The translations under genes were made by a program, and so were the position numbers. 64,000 bases of DNA, taken from sequence record DRR723986_8415; one strand, written 5' to 3'. The notes beneath the pieces are model-generated. The model saw only the letters and a program-made list of their open reading frames with translations. It did not search any database and was not told the DNA's origin. This document shows positions 28,892 to 37,362 of this stretch, one piece after another; the stretch's first letter is position 1; each line of letters begins with the position of its first letter.

Positions 28892-30229
28892 TTATCGTTG
28901 AATCGGTAACTGTTTCGATAGCTTTTGCCCGTTGCGAATCAACTCGATCGTGACCTTCGAGCCGGGCCGCAAGTGCTCGTTCGCGTAAGCGAAAACTTCG
29001 GTCTCTGTTTGCAGTTCACGCTGACCATCGTATGCCACGATGATATCGTCGGGAAGAAATCCGTTGCGCCGTGCGAGTCCATGTGGGCCGTACTTGCCAG
29101 CGTTCTTCACGCGAAGAGCCATCTGACCGTCGCCAACGCCGACCTTCTCCCGTTCTTGCTGATCAAGTTCGGCTAGTCGCATTCCGCCAAGCATCATTCT
29201 GCAAAGCGTCCACGATGTTACCCGCCAGGAAATGTTGTCGCTTCGTCGCCAGCCCTCGTCGAGCTTCAGTGTTAGGTCAGCTTCCTTGCCTTGTCGCTCG
29301 ATCCGCAACGGAATTTCACCACCATCTGGTGAAGTGTTGTGCAAAACCCATTGTACATCGGCCATGGATAATAAAGGCTGACCACCCATAGAGAGGATGT
29401 CGTCACCAACTTGAAGGCCCGAAGCCGACGCAGGTGAATCCCCCGCAATGTCCTTCACGCGAGCGGAATGGTTCGGATCCAAGATTAGCCCCAGTGACTT
29501 TGGGTGGGGGTAGGAGAACAAGAGTTTCTCTGGAATTGGTTTTCCACGCTGCCAGTAGAATTCTCGGCGTGCCTCACCGATCTGATGGCAATGGATACAC
29601 GATGCAACTACGTCGCCTTTGTAATTGAGTGTGTCGGTGTATTTCTTCTTGAGTTTAGGGAACTGCTCGGGCGAACCAAATTCCAGCGGTGCACCTCGTT
29701 TGCCAGCCAATTTTTCTCGGTTCTCTGGGTAACCACGAAAGAGCTCTAGGCCGCCTTCCAGGGCCTGTGCCATGCCTTCAAGTGAGACGTCGCCCAACCA
29801 TTCAGTGCGATGACTACGCGTACCGAAGCGTCCCAGGACGGTGCCATCGGCGGTGAGCATGAAGACCGCGAATGATTGATCTGTGTCGTACTGGAAAATG
29901 TCCAGGTCCAGTCCGTTCGTGCCGACGATCCGCACGCAAACGTATTCTTCCAGCAGTTTCTTGATGACTGGATCATTGTCCACTAATTCATCATCGAGCT
30001 TGACGCATTCTTCACACGGCAAGCAACGGAGGACGACCAGGATGGGCTTTCCAGATTCTTTCGCTTGCTCTACAGCTCCGGTGAAATCGTTGTACAGCCA
30101 GCCGCCCTTCGACTCAACTCGCTGTTTGTCGAGTCGTACTTTCTGCTCACGCGTCAACTCTCCGTCTTCGGCTGCGCAAGGTACCGAACACGCAATTGAT
30201 ATCGCAAACGCTCCGAGAACTCTAATCAT
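28892..30229 (-). CDS. secreted thioredoxin-like / CxxCH / tandem PDZ protein (Trx7/PDZ type)
   Basis: Signal peptide, WLYND...GKPILVVLRCLPCEEC Trx-like start, SCIHCH, two PDZ-like segments. Confidence 0.82.
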   Translation of the reverse strand: MIRVLGAFAISIACSVPCAAEDGELTREQKVRLDKQRVESKGGWLYNDFTGAVEQAKESGKPILVVLRCLPCEECVKLDDELVDNDPVIKKLLEEYVCVRIVGTNGLDLDIFQYDTDQSFAVFMLTADGTVLGRFGTRSHRTEWLGDVSLEGMAQALEGGLELFRGYPENREKLAGKRGAPLEFGSPEQFPKLKKKYTDTLNYKGDVVASCIHCHQIGEARREFYWQRGKPIPEKLLFSYPHPKSLGLILDPNHSARVKDIAGDSPASASGLQVGDDILSMGGQPLLSMADVQWVLHNTSPDGGEIPLRIERQGKEADLTLKLDEGWRRSDNISWRVTSWTLCRMMLGGMRLAELDQQEREKVGVGDGQMALRVKNAGKYGPHGLARRNGFLPDDIIVAYDGQRELQTETEVFAYANEHLRPGSKVTIELIRNGQKLSKQLPIQR

Positions 30230-30517
30230 CTCAGCGGTCTCCTGTGTCTGTTTTTGACTGCCAACGGCAGATTTCCCAGCATAGACGGCTTCATCATCAA
30301 GCCGCTAAGCCGACGCCACAGCATATTCGACCACATTCCACCCGCAATAACCAGCCTCTAGCCCACCAGCGGCACTCGCTGATCAACAGTACCCACTCCA
30401 CCATGAAACCTATCCTGTGCAGCATGTCCCAAGCTGCCAATTTCTCTATGATTCGCAACTCAGCGTTTGTCGCAGACGGTTCGTAAAGACTGCGTTAAGT
30501 CACGTCCACAATTGCTT

Positions 30518-30940
30518 CTACCAACTTGCGGATTCGTCCGCGGCAAGGAGCAATCGACCTTGGTAGGTAAATTGAAATGCAGCCAAAAAAGAGAGTTCAG
30601 GATGCTCGCGCAGCGTTCGGCAAATTTGAGCCACTCGTGCGTCTGAGAATTTCCTGTGAAAACGGAATTCGACGCTTCCAGGTTTAACCATCGCCGCCAG
30701 TGCATTCCCAGCCGAATCTTCCTTGTATCCTAGCCCATCCACGCTAGCATCTCGATGTTCCGTGGTGTGAACGAAACAGTGCACCGCAAACTCGTTGGCA
30801 ATCAGCTTGAACAGAAAGTGTTCTGAATCCAGGAGCGATTCCACACTGTCGAAGCCATAGACAAGCAACCTTCGTCCTCCAAGAACAGCCAATCCACTTG
30901 GCAAGCCAACGCCCATACTAGTCAGCCGCTGAATCCTCAA
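30518..30940 (-). CDS. hypothetical protein
   Basis: 140-aa ORF filling the gap between two minus-strand genes, with protein-like composition. No recognised motif. Confidence 0.45.
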   Translation of the reverse strand: MRIQRLTSMGVGLPSGLAVLGGRRLLVYGFDSVESLLDSEHFLFKLIANEFAVHCFVHTTEHRDASVDGLGYKEDSAGNALAAMVKPGSVEFRFHRKFSDARVAQICRTLREHPELSFLAAFQFTYQGRLLLAADESASW

Positions 30941-30986
30941 TTTTTAGTCGACTAACATCCATGCCGTCGAACGCAGTATTGGACCG

Positions 30987-32147
30987 CTAGTCCTGGTCCA
31001 GATACATCCTGATGCGCTTTGCCAACAGGGCTGGAGGCAGGCCAACTGCCGCGTGAAAATCCTCGATCCGCTGTCTGGAAGTATACTCGCCGTATCCGCG
31101 CCGTTGTTGGAGCTCCGTGACTTTACGATATTGCTTTGGCATTTGCTGTGCCAGGAACTTTGTTAGTGCCCATGAGCCAGCGTAAGCGATCTGAGGGTCC
31201 TGCTGAAAGAGTTTGTCCGAGGCGATGAGACTACCGAGCAGATTTGCGGTCGCTTCGTCAGACTGCAAGACTCGATCCAGCGTGTGCAATTGGCGTCGTT
31301 CAAATTCGCTTGAACGCCCGTCGGGTGACTGAGGATCATATGTGTTAGGGCTTTCAAACATTGTCGCTAGGCCCTCGACGAACCAAAGCGGGTGTTCGAA
31401 TAGCCGCTCGTGCACGCCGGTGTTGTAGGCAAGTTGATGCACCGCCTCGTGAACGATGGTGGCTTCTGTCTCAGACCAATCTATCCGCTGGTTGTCTGAC
31501 AGACTAGGAAGCTCGTAAAGTGCGCACACATTCGTCTTTGCAAAGTAAGCCCCTATGGCACCAGCAGGGAGCACGCTCTGCTGGGACCGCGCAAATGCCT
31601 CAAACTCCGATTGAGTCCGAAACACAATGACTCGCAATGGAAAATCCGGTTCACGTATTTGCCATCCGCGCAGTGAGAAATACCTTACGAATCCACTGTA
31701 AAGTTTGCTGAATCGACGCCGCCAACGAACCGCATTTCCCTTGGACGCGGCGACAACGTAGTGCCCCGACTGTAGGACCTCAAAGCCCTGCCCCAGCTCA
31801 GCACGCAGCGAACTCTGCGCCTCCAGGGCCGATTCAGGACGAAACACTGTGTCCAACTTGGCAAGCTTTGTGATCTCCGACTGCTTAAAGAAATCCATCA
31901 CGCCGCTGGGGCGAAGTACCACGGCCGCTTCTTTGTCCCAGTGGATGGGCAGCCCCGCCGTGCTACCGCGCCTAGTCCGAACCAGCAAGGTTCGGTGGGT
32001 AGCGTCTGCGCCTGACTGATCTTCCGCACTTGCAGCCCTTGACTGATCCGCGGTCCGTCCAACCTGGCTTAGGACAACGGTTGGCGACAGCATTAGTGCA
32101 CCGATACAGGCAAGAACCACTTGCCTGAATTCAAAGCTGCGAGCCAT
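30987..32147 (-). CDS. DUF1570 domain protein (HExxH zincin-like)
   Basis: TIVHEAVHQLAYNTG, PLWFVEGLA, YAGSWAL. Start uncertain (ORF extends to 32291). Confidence 0.85.
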   Translation of the reverse strand: MARSFEFRQVVLACIGALMLSPTVVLSQVGRTADQSRAASAEDQSGADATHRTLLVRTRRGSTAGLPIHWDKEAAVVLRPSGVMDFFKQSEITKLAKLDTVFRPESALEAQSSLRAELGQGFEVLQSGHYVVAASKGNAVRWRRRFSKLYSGFVRYFSLRGWQIREPDFPLRVIVFRTQSEFEAFARSQQSVLPAGAIGAYFAKTNVCALYELPSLSDNQRIDWSETEATIVHEAVHQLAYNTGVHERLFEHPLWFVEGLATMFESPNTYDPQSPDGRSSEFERRQLHTLDRVLQSDEATANLLGSLIASDKLFQQDPQIAYAGSWALTKFLAQQMPKQYRKVTELQQRRGYGEYTSRQRIEDFHAAVGLPPALLAKRIRMYLDQD

Positions 32148-32410
32148 GTAAAAACTTGAGTGGGCAGATTCTGTGGCCATTGGACAGACTATCTCGTAAA
32201 CAGTTCGTTCACCGATGCAAATGAACGGACTTTCACTGGCAAGTGAGCCGTTCGCACTGAAACTTAGTTCAGTGCCCCGCCATCGGGACAAGTCTGATAC
32301 GATTAAGGGTGTTATGGCACGGCCGATTGTGCGACCTTTTCCGGTTTTGTCAGAACCACCTCAACCAGTAGCTGCGCCCCCTGGATTCGCCTAGCTCGAA
32401 GAACGACACG

Positions 32411-33739
32411 ATGAAGAACTTTATCTCTGAACAACCAACCTCGGTCACAGTCATCCTCGTTTCCTTTGTGTTGCTCGTGGGACCTGCCCGTTCGGCGATT
32501 GCCCAACAGTCTGAAGGCAGCGAACAAGCATCCTCGCCAAGCACTCAGACCACCGAGGCAGACCTTGCGGCAAAGCTGAAGGCACTATTAAACGACATGG
32601 ATAATGGCTCACTCGAGCAACGCGATGCCGCGGAGAAGTCGATAATCGAGCTCGGCTCTGCCGCAGCCCCGCTCCTACCGGAAGTCTCAGAAGACACCTC
32701 GGGCGAAATGAAGATCCGCCTCGAGAGGATTCGCTCGGCGATCGGTGGCGCACCGCAGGCTTCGTCCATCACTGCATCCAAGGTGAGTCTTTCGGGCAAA
32801 ATGTCCGCGACCAGTGCACTGCGAAAGATTGGAGAACAAACCGACAACACAATTGTTCTCGAGGGCGAAGGCGGGTCGACCGAAGTTGACCTCGACCTGA
32901 AGGACGCTGATTTTTGGGCGGCCGTTGGCGAAATCACCGCACAAGCAAACCTACAACTACAGGCCTATAGCTCTACCGAAGGCGAGTTGGTGCTAGCCCC
33001 TGCAGCCGAAGGTAACGCCTACAGCCTTAAGCCCAACAACTCGGGTGCATTTCGATTTGACTGCGTTACAGCTCAATCCCAAGCGTCGTTCAATAGCCCA
33101 CGAGGACTTCTCGAACTGAGTTGTTACGTTTCATGGGAGCCACGACTCAAGCCAGTTTCCGTGACGATTCCCATGCAGTCTATCACCGCGGTAACTGATT
33201 CTGGACAAACACTTCGAAGTATGAATCCCGGTGCAAGTCCTGCACTGGCGACCAACAACGGTGGGGCGACTACGATCTTCAACCTGCAGTTAGCGCGCCC
33301 TGATCGCAGTGAATCGACTCTTAAGAGCGTTGCTGGACAAGTCGTTTTTTCCGTTCCAGGTGAAGATCACGACTACCGGTTCAAAGATTTTGCCAGCGGT
33401 GTTCGGCAAAGCGAAAAATTCGGCAATGTAACCGTCACTCTAGCCAACTTCGGACGCAATGGGGCTGTCTACGAGGCCCGTTTGAGTGTCAATCTGGGAG
33501 CTAGCTCACAGAACCGAAACTGGCTCCTGTCTAACGAAGCGTACCTGGTTGATGCCAAAGAAACCAAAATCATGAACGTAGGGAAGCGGTATTTTCAAGG
33601 CGTCGCGAATAGCGCGAACTTCTCCTACCTTTTCCAGATCAACGGCGACCCTAAAGATTACGAACTTGTCTTCAGTCTACCGGGGACGTTTACCGAAGTG
33701 ACTGTGCCCTTTGAGCTGACGGATATCCCCCTTCCCTGA
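32411..33739 (+). CDS. secreted hypothetical protein (HEAT-like and STN-like N-terminal segments)
   Basis: 442-aa ORF with signal peptide, LNDMD...QRDAAEKSIIELG helical repeat, SWEPRL, and terminal ELTDIPLP. Confidence 0.8.
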   Translation: MKNFISEQPTSVTVILVSFVLLVGPARSAIAQQSEGSEQASSPSTQTTEADLAAKLKALLNDMDNGSLEQRDAAEKSIIELGSAAAPLLPEVSEDTSGEMKIRLERIRSAIGGAPQASSITASKVSLSGKMSATSALRKIGEQTDNTIVLEGEGGSTEVDLDLKDADFWAAVGEITAQANLQLQAYSSTEGELVLAPAAEGNAYSLKPNNSGAFRFDCVTAQSQASFNSPRGLLELSCYVSWEPRLKPVSVTIPMQSITAVTDSGQTLRSMNPGASPALATNNGGATTIFNLQLARPDRSESTLKSVAGQVVFSVPGEDHDYRFKDFASGVRQSEKFGNVTVTLANFGRNGAVYEARLSVNLGASSQNRNWLLSNEAYLVDAKETKIMNVGKRYFQGVANSANFSYLFQINGDPKDYELVFSLPGTFTEVTVPFELTDIPLP

Positions 33740-33756
33740 AACAGCCGTCTATACAA

Positions 33757-34203
33757 TCAATCGCATCGTTTCGTGTTCACCGCATGCAGGAATCGAGCGA
33801 CGGCGTTAGCCGAACCTCGTTCTTGGTTGTAGCGGAATTCTTCCTCCGCCAGAGCAAAACCTGCCCAGTCACTTTCCCACAATCGCAGAATCAACTGGGG
33901 CTTGTACACGCACCGAATTCGCCAACTATGGGTGTGCGATATCCTAACCCATGATCGAATCCACTTACGCAACTTGCGGTGCTGGCCAATCACATTGACG
34001 CTAAGGTTAAATGCATCTTCGTCCGGCTCGAGAGCGAATGCGTGACGTAGCGAGCAAAGGTAAACCTTTGCGTTGGCGCGGAACAATCTCGTACCGCTGC
34101 GTTTCTCGCACGCTCCCGGACCATATGGGCGCTCGGGCACAATATTGCCCACTAAGCACCAAACGGAACTCGGTCTCGCCGCGATTCTCACCTGACCATC
34201 CAT
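33757..34203 (-). CDS. hypothetical protein
   Basis: ORF containing WCLVGNIVPERPYGPG...GTRLF...AKVY. Start inferred at ATG 34203. Confidence 0.6.
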   Translation of the reverse strand: MDGQVRIAARPSSVWCLVGNIVPERPYGPGACEKRSGTRLFRANAKVYLCSLRHAFALEPDEDAFNLSVNVIGQHRKLRKWIRSWVRISHTHSWRIRCVYKPQLILRLWESDWAGFALAEEEFRYNQERGSANAVARFLHAVNTKRCD

Positions 34204-34465
34204 CACCGACTTGAAGTTCCTTCGAGAGCCTTGTGCGCATCTGACGAACAGGACTGGTATTTTCTGCAGTCGGTTCACGCATGTGCCGTCCGCCGCAGAA
34301 CGGGATGGAGCTTTGAAGTTACCCCACCCAGTTGGGCACTTTGGTCGCAAACCCAGAGAGGGGCAGATGTTAGACTCTTGGCGAATCTAGTGTTTTGTCG
34401 CACTCTTGAATTGTTTTTTGCTCAATTTGCAACTTGCTTCGCCCTAACTGGGATGCATATTAAAG

Positions 34466-34631
34466 TGTTCAACGAACGATGAACAACTGCCCCGCAGGTT
34501 GCTGCCCCGATCTGCATGTTTCTCGATTCGATGAACGAACATTCTGTTCGCTTCGGTAAGATGCTGCCCCGTCTGATCGATAGCAATAGAAGTTAGGCTG
34601 AGCCCTTTGGTTTCGACCAGAGGGCTTTTTT
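34466..34631 (+). ncRNA. candidate multi-hairpin small RNA with three CUGCCCC motifs
   Basis: Two hairpins with identical GCTGCCCC loops (34501-34508, 34563-34570), a third motif at 34487-34493, G-U pairs only valid on the + strand, an own terminator, and a TTGCTT...TATTAA promoter-like pair upstream. Both flanking genes are on the minus strand. Confidence 0.65.
34601..34631 (+). terminator. intrinsic terminator with UUCG tetraloop
   Basis: AGCCCTTTGGT-TTCG-ACCAGAGGGCT followed by a T-run to 34631. Confidence 0.85.
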
Positions 34632-34679
34632 AATGCGCTGATGGGGCATCATCAAATGAGCGCCACCCGAGCCAGCCTG

Positions 34680-35069
34680 CTACTGCTTTCGCTCCATCCA
34701 AACGATCTTTGCGGGAGCTTCGTCCTTGTAGGCGGCCAACGTGCCGGGGCGATAGGAAACGACAACGCCGAAGTATGCAGCTCGGAGAATGTTGGCGGCT
34801 GCTGAGACGGAGACAACCCTGCCGTCATATTTGTCTTCACAAGCTACGATATAACATAACTCTTCGTCAGATGGGATCGAAAGCGTTGGCGCGTCGCAAA
34901 CGTAACGTTCGTCAAGATCTCCCATGAAACGATGGTTCAAACGATCAAGGAATGCACCGCGTTTCTTATGTGATGACAACTGCGATCGATAACGTTCTCG
35001 TCTATCGCGAATAATGAACGAGTCGATCAGTGCTGTCTCGTGTTCGGTAGCAAAGTCTTCTGTCGTCAC
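34680..35069 (-). CDS. hypothetical protein
   Basis: About 129 aa from GTG 35069, with HETALIDSFI..DRRERY...KKR..FLDRLNH pattern. ORF extends to 35201. Confidence 0.65.
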   Translation of the reverse strand: MTTEDFATEHETALIDSFIIRDRRERYRSQLSSHKKRGAFLDRLNHRFMGDLDERYVCDAPTLSIPSDEELCYIVACEDKYDGRVVSVSAAANILRAAYFGVVVSYRPGTLAAYKDEAPAKIVWMERKQ

Positions 35070-35265
35070 GTGGATGCCATTATTCGCACAAATAGGTTCT
35101 TCAGAATCGGTCCGCGCGAACCAGGAACTAGCTTCGTCTAACGCTGAGGATACCAAGCAAATTGAGACAGGACAATAATTTGGTCGTGGCCAACTAAGCA
35201 CCTGGGGCGTGCTTGGCGAAGTGCTTAGGGAGACATGGGTGAATGCAGGCGTCCTGGACTGGAGC

Positions 35266-37230
35266 CTAAATGTAATCCCAAAGCGTAAGACGAGTGGACT
35301 GTCCCATAAGCTGCAGAGACGCTTGAAGGGCGGCTTGCCTGGCGTTCAAATCTGAAATCGTCTGCGCAAGATCGGCGTCGAGTTCGTCTGATTCCGCTTC
35401 GGTGAGACGGATCTGTTGTTCGGCAGAAAGATCCAGCATCGATTCGACAGATTGTTGCCGAGCTCCGAGGAATCCACGCGTCAAGGAAAGTCGCTGGATG
35501 TCGTCTTCGATCGCAGCGGCCACCCGTTCCATGTTTTCTGGGCGTCCCGATTCGATGGCCTCGCGTAAACGGATGAGCGTATTGAATGCTCCCTCAACCT
35601 CAATGCCGCTGACATCCGATCCGGAGATTGTTGATCCACCGGCTGTTGGGCTGCCCGTCGAAACTGCCTCTCCAGGCGGTACAAGGCCAAGGTCCCAGGC
35701 TGCCTGCGATCCGCCGGCGTTGGCGACTGTGATCGGCTGCGCTCCAGATTGGGCTTGAAGTGTGATACCGTTGCCCGTGCTGGCAAGTGATGCGGTGATA
35801 CGAAGTGTAGGTGTTTGGTTGTCGACGTTGTTGTTGATCCGGTCCAGCACGTCCGACACCGATTGCACGCCCGATAAATCAATGCGCAGTTGACTACCGT
35901 TGGTCCGTGTGAGAACAATGTCGTCCCCCGCCGAGTTGGTCGAAATGCCGCGTCCAAAATTCAGCGACGCAATTGGCGTATCGATATCGAACGATCGCAC
36001 TCCCAATTGTGAGGCCAAGTCAGAGCCATTTTCGCCGATCGACAGGGTTGACCCGCTTTCGGTACTTTGGATTGCAAAGTTGCGGCCTGTCTCGTCGAGG
36101 GTTACGTCAACTGCTGCACCAGATAGGCGGATCTGGTTCATGAAGTCTTCAACGGTCTCAAGGTTGGCCGTCGTGATAATGTAGTCATTGGGGCCTTGCG
36201 AAAGCAAAAACGAATCCGGTTGGGGGAGCCCTGCCCCACCGAACAACTGGCTCAGTCGAGTCGACTCGGTGACGACGGGATCAAGATCGCCGCCAGAAAC
36301 CGGACTAAGCCCCGTCGTATTGCCGTTGTTGATTCCAAGATCTCCGGCCATGTTCCCCGTGCCAACTTCCCCAATTCGCAGCAATCCAGGCAGGGCGTCA
36401 GAGTATTGGATATTGATTCCATTGCTGGACAGCGAAACACTCAGGTCGCGACCGCCCAGTGACACGGTGTCGAGTTTTTCGGTTATGTCGGAGATGTTGT
36501 ACGCAGTGGAAAGGTCTAGTTCGACAACTTCTACTCCGTTGCTGAGCGTTATTGCCCCACTCCGCACGCCCGCTCCGCGATTCAATTGATCCAAGGGGGT
36601 ATCCGGCGCGATCGCGGCGTTCAAGTCCACTGAGCCTATCTCGCGACTTGAACGAACGCCAAAGGCATCTTGGCTAGTCACATTGGCTGAGATCGTCGCC
36701 CCGTAATCGGAGATGGTTCGCAGTTGTTCATCATTGCCGTCAAAACGGACGGTTTCGCCATCGAAAGTGATTGGTGACTCGCGGAGGTCACTGCCAGCGA
36801 AAATGAACTGGTCTCGAAACTTTGAATTGCTCAGTTGAAGTAGGTTGTTTAAGCCCGATTGCACTTGTTGCGAAAGAGCGTCTATTTCGGCTTCGGAAAG
36901 CGTCGTACCTGTGCCCGAAACGGCGACTCCCCGCATTTCGATCAGCAACGACTGAGCCTGGGCCAAAGTAGCTTCGGTGGCAGAAAGGATCGTATCTGCT
37001 GATCCTAGGTTGTCGTCGACTTGTTCCTTGAACTCTTTGCCGCGTTGGGCGGCCAACGCTCGAATTGCGGCACCTGGATCCTCGCTTGGGCGAGTGAGTT
37101 TTCTGCCGGTGCTGAGCTGTTGCTGGAGCTCTTGAATGGCAGATTCGTCGTTGTTGATCTGGAAGAGTAGACGCGAAATGCCTAACTGAGTCGTGGCTCT
37201 ATTGCCAACTGAAGGGTAGAAGCTTGTCAT
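35266..37230 (-). CDS. flgL: flagellar hook-associated protein 3 (extended, 654 aa)
   Basis: QLSTGRKL..PSEDP, N.KFRDQFIFAG, C-terminal DADLAQTI...ALQASL...LTLWDYI. Lies downstream of flgK. Confidence 0.92.
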   Translation of the reverse strand: MTSFYPSVGNRATTQLGISRLLFQINNDESAIQELQQQLSTGRKLTRPSEDPGAAIRALAAQRGKEFKEQVDDNLGSADTILSATEATLAQAQSLLIEMRGVAVSGTGTTLSEAEIDALSQQVQSGLNNLLQLSNSKFRDQFIFAGSDLRESPITFDGETVRFDGNDEQLRTISDYGATISANVTSQDAFGVRSSREIGSVDLNAAIAPDTPLDQLNRGAGVRSGAITLSNGVEVVELDLSTAYNISDITEKLDTVSLGGRDLSVSLSSNGINIQYSDALPGLLRIGEVGTGNMAGDLGINNGNTTGLSPVSGGDLDPVVTESTRLSQLFGGAGLPQPDSFLLSQGPNDYIITTANLETVEDFMNQIRLSGAAVDVTLDETGRNFAIQSTESGSTLSIGENGSDLASQLGVRSFDIDTPIASLNFGRGISTNSAGDDIVLTRTNGSQLRIDLSGVQSVSDVLDRINNNVDNQTPTLRITASLASTGNGITLQAQSGAQPITVANAGGSQAAWDLGLVPPGEAVSTGSPTAGGSTISGSDVSGIEVEGAFNTLIRLREAIESGRPENMERVAAAIEDDIQRLSLTRGFLGARQQSVESMLDLSAEQQIRLTEAESDELDADLAQTISDLNARQAALQASLQLMGQSTRLTLWDYI

Positions 37231-37362
37231 CAGTTACTGCCTGCTGGGTGCGTGTCGAATGCGATGGCAATCACACTGTGTTGCATCCGATGATTTGTTG
37301 GGTCATTCTGCCGCGTATGAGTGAGCGGATAATACGATGTTCTTTGGGAGTGTTTGCGGGCT

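Noticed and set aside
34466-34631. CsrB/RsmZ-type identity for the sRNA candidate
   Set aside because: Contains no GGA motif on the transcribed strand.
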